This document shows positions 8,138 through 17,094 of a stretch of 22,137 bases of DNA, one piece after another. Numbering within the stretch: position 1 is the stretch's first letter; each line of letters begins with the position of its first letter. The position numbers and the translations under genes are program-made. The stretch spans positions 1 through 22,137 of the forward strand of contig JAUQYZ020000090.1 in assembly GCA_030587475.2 (NCBI GenBank). The letters are read 5' to 3'. The notes beneath the pieces were generated by a model. That model saw only the letters and a program-made list of their open reading frames with translations, was not told the DNA's origin and made no database searches. The stretch is from Candidatus Sigynarchaeum calidifontis. Lineage in GTDB: Archaea; Asgardarchaeota; Lokiarchaeia; Sigyniarchaeales; Sigyniarchaeaceae.

Positions 8138-9208
8138 TTACTTGCCCGATCTGGCTTTGATATTTGCATTTATCGCGTCACGGTAAATCTTTTCTACACG
8201 GTCGATGATCCGCTCGATGTCGTGCGCTTGCACGTTTTTCAAGGCCGCGTTGGCGAGCCGGGTTCGTAATTCCTTGTCCTCGACGGCCTTGCGGAGCAGC
8301 GCCGGGAAGTCTTCATCTGCCTTTCCCTTCAGGCAATGGATGCCGCCTTGCATCCAATCGTAAGTCGGGAGATCGCGGCAGACGATGGGGAGCTTGCAAG
8401 CCGCTGCCTCGAGGAGCGGGATGCCTTGGTTTTCCGCGCGTGACGGGAAGAAAAAAACATCGGCACCGCAGTAAGCCCCGACGATGTCGGGCACATAACC
8501 CGTGAACGTGATGATGTCATCGTATTGCTCCTTTATCTTCTTGTCGAGAATCCAATTGCCTACCCAGACGAACGCGTAGCCCGGGAACCGCTTTGCCATT
8601 TCGTGGAACACGTCCAGGCCTTTCCTTTTCCAGAGAACCCCGACGCCGAGGATGACCGGTTTCGAGACATCCACTTTGAAGCGTCTCGATAGATACTTCC
8701 TAAACGAATCTCGCTTGTTTTCGTCGAACGTAAATTTATGCAAGTCGACGCCGTTTGACACGGGAATGATGGGGGCTTTGGAAGGGAGCTGTAAAGCCTC
8801 GATCGCGCGCCTGGAATGGTTGGACGGCGTGATCAAGATCGTGCTGAGGCTATAGAGCCGTTTCAAGTAGCTCGCGCCGAACCCTGCCATGCATGGCGGG
8901 AGAAACCCCCCGATCATGTCCTCGACCGTCGTGTGCGCGTGCTGGACGACCGCGCACTTGTACATGTGCTTGTATGCCCAGACGAGGTACCACGCGACGG
9001 GCATGAAGGTGGGGCACACGATGATGTCTGGCGGGTTCCAGGGCGAGTACGGCACGTTCGTTCGTATCTCGTGGCCGCGCGCGGCGAGATGTTTCATGAT
9101 GTTCTTGTGATTAACTTCAATGCCCCCCATGGTCTTCGTCCCGCCAGAAAAGAGCTTCATGATTGGAAGCTCGCTCACGACGAGGATCTTCAACCGATGG
9201 GGTCTCAT
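8138..9208 (-). CDS. GT4 glycosyltransferase
   Basis: KILVVSE, SNGVDL, RKGLD, FFFPSRAENQGIPLLEAAAC (EX7E). Start moved to ATG 9208 because the longer ORF overlaps the divergent amidohydrolase. Confidence 0.9.
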   Translation of the reverse strand: MRPHRLKILVVSELPIMKLFSGGTKTMGGIEVNHKNIMKHLAARGHEIRTNVPYSPWNPPDIIVCPTFMPVAWYLVWAYKHMYKCAVVQHAHTTVEDMIGGFLPPCMAGFGASYLKRLYSLSTILITPSNHSRRAIEALQLPSKAPIIPVSNGVDLHKFTFDENKRDSFRKYLSRRFKVDVSKPVILGVGVLWKRKGLDVFHEMAKRFPGYAFVWVGNWILDKKIKEQYDDIITFTGYVPDIVGAYCGADVFFFPSRAENQGIPLLEAAACKLPIVCRDLPTYDWMQGGIHCLKGKADEDFPALLRKAVEDKELRTRLANAALKNVQAHDIERIIDRVEKIYRDAINANIKARSGK

Positions 9209-9280
9209 CCACGAATGCACCGCATGCCGGCCGCGCTCTGTAACGCATATATGATCGGCGGGCGATAAGATCTTCGTACC

Positions 9281-10942
9281 ATGCCGGGCAACGAAATCGC
9301 TCTTTTCCATAACTGCACGATCCTCACGATCGACAAGAACGAATCCGTTGCCGAGGCCATGGCCGTCAACAACGGCAAGATCGTTGCCGTGGGGACTCTC
9401 GACTGGGTTCAAGCGGCGATCGCGGCATTTTCGCAGCAAGAAAATCCTGGCAATCAATCCAAGGTCGTCGACGTGGACGCGGGCGGTGCTTGCATCGTGC
9501 CTGGCTTCATCGACACGCATCTCCATCCAGGCGTGTATATCTATTTTAAAACCCAGCTCGACTTGTCTGGCGCACGTAGCTATCGCGATCTGGAGAAGTT
9601 AATACAGCATGACGCGGAAACGCGTGCTCACGACGAGTGGATCTTGGGAAAAGATGTTATGGAGGATTTATTTCACGATCCGCGGGAACGTTTTTTTCCA
9701 ACCCGCGTGGAACTCGACCGCGCGTCCCCGACGCGCCCGGTGGTCGTGCTCCGGCACGATGGCCACATCTGCTCCGTGAACTCGGCGGCGCTGCACGCGC
9801 TCGGGATTGACAAGGAAACGGTCAAGGCGCGAGGCGTCGCCGGGGGGGAGATCCGTGTTGACGAGAACGGGGAACCCACGGGCGTGTTCACGGAAACGTC
9901 GACGTCCATCCCGCTCGGTCGCGTGCCGATGCCTGGGATGGACCGGTTGAAGGCGGCAGGGAAGCTATTCTCCCGGGAACTGGCATCCTATGGCATCACC
10001 ACATTCGGCGGTATCGTGCAGCTCGGCGGGGAAGGCATCGCTGGCGAGGCCGGCGCGGTCGAGTTGCCGCTCATGGAACTCACGCTCCAGGAGAACATCA
10101 TCGCACAAGACATCGTGTTTTATCTCGTGACCAGCAAGCCTCGTCAGATCAAGCGAGCAGATGCGAAGATAAAGAAGATGGACGCTGGTGGCGGGCGATT
10201 CGTCGTGGGAGGCATCAAGCTCTATGCCGACGGTAGCTACGGCGCGAGGACCGCGGCCATGTTCGAGCCCTTTTCCGATTCGAGTTCGGGCGAAACCGGG
10301 TTCATGGTCAAGGAAAGCGAAGTGTTGCTCGATATTTTCAAGGAGACCCATGATCTCGGGTACCAGATCGCCATCCATGCCATCGGTGACAAGGCGAATC
10401 GCATCGTCGTTGATCTCTTCGCGCGGTTGCTCGCGCCGGGTAACAAGCCACACCGCCACCGCATCGAGCACGCCTCGACGCTCGATCCCGGCACCATTGC
10501 CGACGCTGCGAGGCTAGGGCTCACGTTCTGCTGCCAGCCATCGTTCATCAACAGCGAGGTCACGTGGCTCGAGGCGCGGCTCGGCCCGCATCGCATCAAG
10601 AAGGCATACCCGTTCAAGTCCATCATGGACGCCGGGGTCATGCTCGCTGGCGCATCGGATGCGCCCATCGAATCGGCAAGCGTGCTCAAGGCGATCCAGG
10701 CTTGCGTTACGCGGCGCGGGTTCGTGCCCGAGCAATGCATTCCGGTAATGGCAGCACTGCGCATGTTCACGATCAACGCCGCGCACGCCATTGGACAAGA
10801 ACAAGTGAAGGGAAGCATCGAGCCGGGCAAGATCGCGGACTTCGTGCTGCTCGGCGCCGATCCGCGAGCGGTGCCTCCTGAAGCCGTGGAATCTATTCCG
10901 GTGCTCGCGACCTACCACCGCGGAATGAAGATTTTCCCTTGA
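9281..10942 (+). CDS. Amidohydrolase 3 family (YtcJ-like) metal-dependent hydrolase
   Basis: PGFIDTHLH, DGHICSVNS, GIKLYADGSYGARTA, HAIGDKA, RHRIEHA, ASDAPIE, KGSIEPGKIADFVLL. Confidence 0.92.
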   Translation: MPGNEIALFHNCTILTIDKNESVAEAMAVNNGKIVAVGTLDWVQAAIAAFSQQENPGNQSKVVDVDAGGACIVPGFIDTHLHPGVYIYFKTQLDLSGARSYRDLEKLIQHDAETRAHDEWILGKDVMEDLFHDPRERFFPTRVELDRASPTRPVVVLRHDGHICSVNSAALHALGIDKETVKARGVAGGEIRVDENGEPTGVFTETSTSIPLGRVPMPGMDRLKAAGKLFSRELASYGITTFGGIVQLGGEGIAGEAGAVELPLMELTLQENIIAQDIVFYLVTSKPRQIKRADAKIKKMDAGGGRFVVGGIKLYADGSYGARTAAMFEPFSDSSSGETGFMVKESEVLLDIFKETHDLGYQIAIHAIGDKANRIVVDLFARLLAPGNKPHRHRIEHASTLDPGTIADAARLGLTFCCQPSFINSEVTWLEARLGPHRIKKAYPFKSIMDAGVMLAGASDAPIESASVLKAIQACVTRRGFVPEQCIPVMAALRMFTINAAHAIGQEQVKGSIEPGKIADFVLLGADPRAVPPEAVESIPVLATYHRGMKIFP

Positions 10943-11010
10943 TCGTGAAAGCGTCGAATGAATAAAAATGAAGAAAGAAAAGAACCGTGAGGCCACGAAT
11001 CGGAACTTGG

Positions 11011-11589
11011 TCACTTGATATTCGTGTTTATGATGCCCGCCCAATCCCTCGCGTTCATGAACTTGAAGGAGTGAACACTTCCATCCTTCATCCGGACATC
11101 GAGAAGGTTGGATTTCGCGCCTGGATCCGCGCGGGCGATGTCCGACACGTGCAATGATGCCATGATTGCCATGTGCTTGCCGTAGAAGATGATCCCGTCG
11201 GAATGCAATTCGATTAAACCAGACTCTTCCATCCCGTTGAAGTAATGCCTGGCGATTGGCATCATCTTGATTTTCATGCCGGTCACGCGCTTGGGACCCG
11301 AGTCTCCATGCGAGATCGCCGGCGACACGGCTGCCGGGGTCACGGCGGGCGTCACGGCAGGAGCGGCCTGCCCGCCACCAAGGGGAGTGCCACAACTCTG
11401 GCAGAACCGGGAGCCCGGGGCGTTCACCGTCGAACCACAATTCGGGCACGCCCCGGTTGCTGGAGCGGGTTGCGATTGCGGGGGTGCTGCCACGGTTTCA
11501 AGGGCACCGCCACAATTTGGACAAAACCGAGCATCTTGATCATCGCTCGTGAAGCCACAAGAAGCGCATTTGCTCGTCATATCCATCAC
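11011..11589 (-). CDS. Double zinc-ribbon protein with putative C-terminal PH/GRAM-like domain
   Basis: CASC..FCPNCG and CPNC..FCQSCG, a Pro/Ala linker (PAVTPAVTPAAVSPA), then a beta-rich domain ending in a helix (ARDWAGII). Start may be ATG 11586 or 11580. Confidence 0.75.
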   Translation of the reverse strand: MMDMTSKCASCGFTSDDQDARFCPNCGGALETVAAPPQSQPAPATGACPNCGSTVNAPGSRFCQSCGTPLGGGQAAPAVTPAVTPAAVSPAISHGDSGPKRVTGMKIKMMPIARHYFNGMEESGLIELHSDGIIFYGKHMAIMASLHVSDIARADPGAKSNLLDVRMKDGSVHSFKFMNARDWAGIINTNIK

Positions 11590-11726
11590 TTTTTCAACTT
11601 TGCAGAATTATTCCGTTTTTTTACGAGATAAAAGACTGATAAATAGATCCTACTTCTCCAAGATAAAATTGCCGGGTACCGTTCCTTGTAACTGCAAGTG
11701 AGAAAATAAGAGAGGCGTGCCTTTGC

Positions 11727-12794
11727 TCAAAAAAGGGAGTATATCAAGAACAGCAAGCGCACCGGGACGTAGGCAATCAAGAGCCACGCGATATAGCTGG
11801 CGATTTCCTTCCTGGACACGGCCACGAGCCTCGCCCCCTCCACCGTGCCAAGAAATGGCGCGAAAGCCGCCTTGAGCTTGCGGTTTTTCACCGGCTGCCA
11901 GAATTTCGCCTCGGGCGGCTGCCGGTAATCGTGGTTCTGCCAGATCTTGGTTCGCCCTTGGAGCAGCGCCGCTTTCACGACGTCGATGGTCACGTGCTCC
12001 CGCTCGTCCGGCTCCAGGAGCAATTGTGTCCACGCGGTTGGCCATGACTTGAAGGGGTTGTGGATGTCCGTTCCCGTGCCGGCGAAGATCTTGCGCCCCT
12101 TCCACTCGTGGTGCCACTCCTCCAGCTTGAGCAGCGTGAGCGGGTCGTGCCAGTACATCTCGTTGTTGATCTCGAACCCGTCAACCCCCCAATCGAGCAA
12201 TTGCTCCCGCGTGGGATGCACGAGTTCCCCGGACCTGAGCTTTGGCTGGTCCATCGTCCACGTGACGTGGTCGACGAGCACGACGGCGCCGAGGGCCTTC
12301 GCCTTCTTGATGGCGTCCTCGCACTCGTCGTCCGTCGGGTTTTCACCCGGTGCCGGGTAGGGCCAGTCCTCGATGCCGATGAAGTTCAAGTGGAGCCGGC
12401 CTGATGTCCACTCGTAACCAGGGATGATGAGAACTTGCGGGTACTTGGCTTGCAGCGCGAGTGATTCCTTCACGTTCTTGCATGTGTTATGGTCGGTGAG
12501 CACGAATGCATGGAAATTGTTGGCAATGTGCCACTTGATGTTCTGTTCGGGGGTCATCCAACCGTCGCTGGCGAGCGTGTGGCTGTGGAGATCGATGAAG
12601 TACCCGTCCTTCGGCAAGAACTCGGGCTTGTACGAGTACTCGAGCGCCTCGTCGGGAACCGGTACTTTCTTCCCGGTGCCCGAGATCCAGGCATATACGA
12701 GGTAATGCACGAGCACGAACCCGACCATGGCCAGGAACCAGATGAGAAACATTAGCAGCTCGCGCCCGACATCATCCATCAGTGCCATGTCCAC
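11727..12794 (-). CDS. PHP-domain phosphoesterase with N- and C-terminal TM helices
   Basis: IDLHSHTLASDG, LTDHN, GYEWT, HLN, DH, GTDIH metal motifs and hydrophobic ends. Start is GTG 12794 or ATG 12788. Confidence 0.85.
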   Translation of the reverse strand: MDMALMDDVGRELLMFLIWFLAMVGFVLVHYLVYAWISGTGKKVPVPDEALEYSYKPEFLPKDGYFIDLHSHTLASDGWMTPEQNIKWHIANNFHAFVLTDHNTCKNVKESLALQAKYPQVLIIPGYEWTSGRLHLNFIGIEDWPYPAPGENPTDDECEDAIKKAKALGAVVLVDHVTWTMDQPKLRSGELVHPTREQLLDWGVDGFEINNEMYWHDPLTLLKLEEWHHEWKGRKIFAGTGTDIHNPFKSWPTAWTQLLLEPDEREHVTIDVVKAALLQGRTKIWQNHDYRQPPEAKFWQPVKNRKLKAAFAPFLGTVEGARLVAVSRKEIASYIAWLLIAYVPVRLLFLIYSLF

Positions 12795-13874
12795 TCATCC
12801 CTCGTCGATTTCCTTGAATGCATCATCGTCCATCTCCAGCCCGAGCCCGGGCCCGGTTGGCACGTCCATGAAGCCGTCCTTGGGCACTGGATAATTGGTG
12901 AACAGGGCCTCCAGGTAAGGTCGACGCCCCGTGAACTCGTGCGGGCGCGTGCAATTCTTGATCGACGCGCAGACGTGCATGCTCGCCACGTGGCCGACGG
13001 TTGGTTGGGTCTGGTGGGGTAACACGATCTTGTCGTAGAGCTCGGCGATGGCCACGATCTTGCGCATCTCGGAAATCCCCGCGCACTTGATCACGTCCGG
13101 CTGGATGATGTCAACGCCGCCTCTCGTGATGAGGTCGTGGAATTGCCAGCGCGTGTATTCGTGTTCACCAGCGGACACGGGCACGTCGAGCGCGTCCGCC
13201 ACCTGCTTGAGCCCCGCGTAGTCGTATTGCGGGACGGGCTCCTCGTAGTGGTAGATACCGGCGTCCTCGAACTTCCGGCCCTGCGCGATGGCGGTCGGTA
13301 CCGTGTAGCCGTTGTTCGCGTCGAAGCTGAGCTGGCAATCCTTGTTCAGCACGGACTTGACCGCCTTGAACATCTCCAAATCCTTCGAGGGATCCGCGTC
13401 GAGACGTGAAACCCCCCAGTCCATGCGGATCTTGAATGCCTTGAACCCCTCGTCGATTTTCCTTTCCACGGCCTTTACCATGTCGGTAACTTGCATGGTC
13501 CCACCGCCACCTATCGAAGCGTAGAGCTGGATCTTGTCCCTGTAAGCGCCGCCGAGCAGCGCGTGGACCGGGAGCCTCGTGACCTTGCCGAGGATGTCCC
13601 ACAAGGCGATGTCGATGCCCGCGATGGCCTCGGCCTGGATTCCCTGGACCCCGAGCTTGTAAGTCTTGAAAAAAAGCTTGTTCCAGACCTTGTCGATCTC
13701 GACCGGGTTTTCCCCGATGAGCAACGGCTTCAGCGCGTGGTCGATGCAAGCCTTGATGGCCGGCACGTTCATGGGCGAGCATTCCCCCATCCCCGTGATG
13801 CCGTCGTCCGTGAGTACCTGCACGAACAGCGAGCTCGGCCACACGGGCGCGGCCTTCACATCCGTTATTTTCAT
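12795..13874 (-). CDS. Mandelate racemase/muconate lactonizing enzyme family (acid-sugar dehydratase-like)
   Basis: MKITDVK, TDDGITGMGE, AIAGIDIALWDILGK...LLGG, metal ligands in FDAN / YEEP / AGEH, IIQPD, PTGPGLG. Confidence 0.92.
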   Translation of the reverse strand: MKITDVKAAPVWPSSLFVQVLTDDGITGMGECSPMNVPAIKACIDHALKPLLIGENPVEIDKVWNKLFFKTYKLGVQGIQAEAIAGIDIALWDILGKVTRLPVHALLGGAYRDKIQLYASIGGGGTMQVTDMVKAVERKIDEGFKAFKIRMDWGVSRLDADPSKDLEMFKAVKSVLNKDCQLSFDANNGYTVPTAIAQGRKFEDAGIYHYEEPVPQYDYAGLKQVADALDVPVSAGEHEYTRWQFHDLITRGGVDIIQPDVIKCAGISEMRKIVAIAELYDKIVLPHQTQPTVGHVASMHVCASIKNCTRPHEFTGRRPYLEALFTNYPVPKDGFMDVPTGPGLGLEMDDDAFKEIDEG

Positions 13875-13968
13875 GGTCTTCCCGTCGTGCCGCGGGGCAT
13901 AAAAAACGATATCATGAAATGGCGAGTCGACTTGATTTATGTCAAATCAGCATGATGGAATGATAGGC

Positions 13969-14823
13969 ATGGAATTCAAGACACTATTGCTCGACGAGCG
14001 CGACGACGGCATCGCCGTCCTCACGCTGAACCGGCCCGAAAAGCTCAACGCGATCAACATGCAGATGATCGACGATTTCAACGCCGCGATGGATCATCTC
14101 TACCACGCGTTCGACACGCGGGTCGTGATACTCACCGGCGCCAACCGCCCCGACGGCAGCCCCGTGTTCTCCGCCGGGCTCGACTTGAAGGAGGCCGCCG
14201 TCCTGGACCAGAAAAATCCCCCGGAAGGAAGCCCGGATTACCTGCGATTTCCCGACTATTCCAAGCGATTCTTTCACTTCCAGAAGGAACTGTCGAACAC
14301 GGTTCGAAAGATACGCGCCATCCCGCAACCGGTCATTGCTGCGATCCGCGGCCCCGCAGTTGGTTGGGGGTTCGCGATAGCGAGCGCGTCTGACATCCGC
14401 GTCGCGGGGCGATCCGCGCGCTTCATCAACGCGTTCATCAAGATCGGTGCTGGCGGGGCGGATTGCGGCAGCTCCTATTACTTGCCGCGATTGATCGGCC
14501 TGTCGAGAGCGACCGAGATCATCATGACCGGCCGGGATGTCACCGCCGAGGAAATGGAGCGATATGGCTATCTCGCGAAGCTAGTTGACGACGGGGATGT
14601 CATGGCCGCGGCGATGGCGATCGCGCAGTCACTCCTGGAAAAATCGCCCCTCGGCTTGAAGCTCACCAAGGAGGCGCTCACCATGAATGTCGATGCCCCG
14701 GGCATCGAAGCTGCCCTCGCCCTCGAGGACCGGAACCAGAACATCGCGTCGCAAGCCAAGGATAGCAAGGAGGGCGCCTACGCATTCTTTGAAAAGCGGC
14801 CTCCGAAGTATGGCAAGCGTTGA
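13969..14823 (+). CDS. Enoyl-CoA hydratase/isomerase (crotonase) family protein
   Basis: LTLNRPEKLNA, FSAGLDL, PQPVIAAIRGPAVGWG, LPRLIGLSRA, EGAYAFFEKRPP. ATG 13969 chosen; 13939 possible. Confidence 0.9.
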   Translation: MEFKTLLLDERDDGIAVLTLNRPEKLNAINMQMIDDFNAAMDHLYHAFDTRVVILTGANRPDGSPVFSAGLDLKEAAVLDQKNPPEGSPDYLRFPDYSKRFFHFQKELSNTVRKIRAIPQPVIAAIRGPAVGWGFAIASASDIRVAGRSARFINAFIKIGAGGADCGSSYYLPRLIGLSRATEIIMTGRDVTAEEMERYGYLAKLVDDGDVMAAAMAIAQSLLEKSPLGLKLTKEALTMNVDAPGIEAALALEDRNQNIASQAKDSKEGAYAFFEKRPPKYGKR

Positions 14824-14838
14824 ATTCCTTTTTTCTTG

Positions 14839-16377
14839 TCATGTCCACGAGATCTTGAACGCGTAGGCGTGCTCGCACGGTTTCTCAGGGGGCAACGTGA
14901 TCTTCAGCCCGTGGTTCGTGATGCGCCATTTCAACTTGCCCTCGTGGCCGAGCAGCTCGATCGACGCGATGTCCGATTCCTCGACCAGGTAGGGTTCCTC
15001 GGGGAACTCGTCCTTCGGGGCTGGCGGGGCGGTTAGGGTCTTGATCGTGAGCTCGCCGCTCGCCGGCCAGCCGAGCGCGAACGCGTAGAGCGCGTTGCCT
15101 TTCGTGACGAACCGGATGTCCTCGGCCGTGTACGACCTCGTGTAGTCCTGGTCATCGTTGAACTCGCCGTCCTTTTGCATGCGCGTCGGCCCCTCCTCTG
15201 CCACGACCCACGGCGTCGTGCCGAAGATGGCCTCCTTGTTGACGGCGATCCACTTGCCAAGCGCCCGGAGATTGTCCTGGACCTGCTGCGGGATCTCGCC
15301 GTTCGCTTTCGGGCCGAAATTTAGCAGCAAGTACCCGTTTTTAGCGATGCGGTCGACGAACGCGTGAACCAGTGCCGGGACGGGGGTATATTCCTCCCCC
15401 TCGATGTAGGACCAGCTCTTGCGGCCCATCGACGTGTCGGTGATCCACTTGTAATGGGTGAGCTTGTCGGAGCGGCCGCGCTCGTAGTCCAACAAGCCCA
15501 TACCTGGTGGCATGTTGAAATCCTTGTAGATGATCTCGACCTCGGTGCCCCACTCCTCGGCCTTGTTGTAGTAATAGGCGGCGAGCTTGCGCTTGAACTT
15601 GTCGTGGATCCGCCGCAAGCAGAAGTCGAACCAGATGAGGTCAGGCTTGTAGGCATCGATGACTTCCTTGAGCTTGGCGAACCAGGTCTCGTTGAACTCC
15701 TTGTCGGGACGGTCGAGGCGCGGGTCGGAGTACCCGATGCCGTTCGTGGCGGCGTGCGGCTTGCCGTAGAAGTCCGCGTACCTCGGATCGCCCGTGTCGA
15801 GCCCCGGGTCGTGGTTGTAGAAATACCAGAGATTGGCGTGGTGGAACGTGCAGATGAAACGCATCCCTTGCTTCCGGATGGCCTTTTCCATCTCCCCGAC
15901 GATGTCCCGCTTGGGACCCATGGCCTTGGCATTCCACCGGTTCACCTTGCTGTCCCACATCGAAAAGCCGTCATGGTGCTCGGCGACGGGGCCTGCAAAA
16001 CTCGCCCCGGCCTCCTTGAAGAGCTTGGCCCACGCGTCCGGGTCGAATTTCTCGGCCGTGAACTTCGGGATGAAGTCCTTGTACCCGAACTCGTCCAGGG
16101 AACCGTAAGTCTCGACATGGTGTGCCCATATCGGCGAAACGAAGCCCCGGTACATGGCATTCGGATACCACTCGTTCCCGAACGCGGGAACCGAGTAGAC
16201 GCCCCAGTGGAAGTAAATACCCCACTTGCCATCGTCAAGCCACTCCGGCTGGCGGTGCCGCTTCAGCGAGTCCCATGTTTCATTGTATGGCATAATATTA
16301 CGGCGGTATAAACCAAGATAAGCCTTCATCCGTGCGACTAGTGCCCTTAAATAGGCCGTGACCGAGTTCATCATCAT
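14839..16377 (-). CDS. GH29 alpha-L-fucosidase
   Basis: KWGIYFHWGVYSVP, FDPDAWA, AEHHDGF, PDLIWFD (nucleophile), LLLNFGPKANGEIP, EAIFGTTPW and a C-terminal beta domain. No signal peptide. Start uncertain (ATG 16293 possible). Confidence 0.93.
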   Translation of the reverse strand: MMMNSVTAYLRALVARMKAYLGLYRRNIMPYNETWDSLKRHRQPEWLDDGKWGIYFHWGVYSVPAFGNEWYPNAMYRGFVSPIWAHHVETYGSLDEFGYKDFIPKFTAEKFDPDAWAKLFKEAGASFAGPVAEHHDGFSMWDSKVNRWNAKAMGPKRDIVGEMEKAIRKQGMRFICTFHHANLWYFYNHDPGLDTGDPRYADFYGKPHAATNGIGYSDPRLDRPDKEFNETWFAKLKEVIDAYKPDLIWFDFCLRRIHDKFKRKLAAYYYNKAEEWGTEVEIIYKDFNMPPGMGLLDYERGRSDKLTHYKWITDTSMGRKSWSYIEGEEYTPVPALVHAFVDRIAKNGYLLLNFGPKANGEIPQQVQDNLRALGKWIAVNKEAIFGTTPWVVAEEGPTRMQKDGEFNDDQDYTRSYTAEDIRFVTKGNALYAFALGWPASGELTIKTLTAPPAPKDEFPEEPYLVEESDIASIELLGHEGKLKWRITNHGLKITLPPEKPCEHAYAFKISWT

Positions 16378-16496
16378 TCACGGAGGCATGACCTTGCTGG
16401 CCGCCGCGTGAATCCGCCCAGGAGCGCCGTCGCGGCCGGGAAATCTGGACACGAACCCCCGTCGTGCTCGACGTGAAAGGAAAACCGGTGATAAAC

Positions 16497-16880
16497 ATGT
16501 CTTATGTGCCAAAATACATCTTGAAACGCATGATCCCCGAAGATGCGCTGAAAAAAGTAGGTGACAACGTTGAGCTCCGCATGATCAATCTCGTTACGAC
16601 GATCCCCGTCAGCCAAGCGCCAGGCGACATTGTCGACTTGCTCGAGGTCAAGGTTAACGGGGAAGCCCTCTCCCGCGACGTGAAGAAAAAGATAGGGATC
16701 AAGTGGGGCGACAAGAATTACACGCTCGACACGATCCGCGACGCGGGCGATGTCCCGGTCAACGCGGATATAACGTTCTCATTGCCTTATCCAGGCGTCA
16801 CCGTGGGACAAGAGGCGAAGATCGAGATCTCCGTCCCCCAGTTCAACGTGAACATCGAGTTTTCACGTGTCGTCAAGTAA
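16497..16880 (+). CDS. Hypothetical protein, 127 aa, beta-rich
   Basis: GGTGA SD at 16487-16491 before ATG 16497 (MSYVPKYILKRMIPEDAL...). Protein-like composition; T-tract downstream at about 16905-16920. Confidence 0.75.
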   Translation: MSYVPKYILKRMIPEDALKKVGDNVELRMINLVTTIPVSQAPGDIVDLLEVKVNGEALSRDVKKKIGIKWGDKNYTLDTIRDAGDVPVNADITFSLPYPGVTVGQEAKIEISVPQFNVNIEFSRVVK

Positions 16881-16900
16881 AGGGCAACAATTGTTCGATA

Positions 16901-17017
16901 TTACTTGCTTTCCTTTTTTTCCTCGTCGGCCCTGCTCGGTCGGGTGCCGCATTGACCCATGAACTTGAGTGGATCGACCTTTTTCTTCTCCGGTGCGGGT
17001 GGTTTCTGTTCGCTCAT
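16901..17017 (-). CDS. Small protein, 38 aa (below the ORF-track length cutoff)
   Basis: MSEQKPPAPEKKKVDPLKFMGQCGTRPSRADEEKKESK*. AAAGGTGAT SD ends 8 nt before the ATG. It fits the gap between two genes without overlap. Confidence 0.65.
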   Translation of the reverse strand: MSEQKPPAPEKKKVDPLKFMGQCGTRPSRADEEKKESK

Positions 17018-17094
17018 GAGATTCGATCACCTTTTGGATATCAATGGATCTTTCCGTGCATAAAGAAATAGATGATGCTGATCGCTGGCCTTGT

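Noticed and set aside
9209-9526. N-terminal extension of the GT4 ORF
   Set aside because: It overlaps the divergent amidohydrolase start; GT4 similarity begins near ATG 9208.
15364-16311. 315-aa ORF antisense to GH29
   Set aside because: Antisense shadow with no family features.
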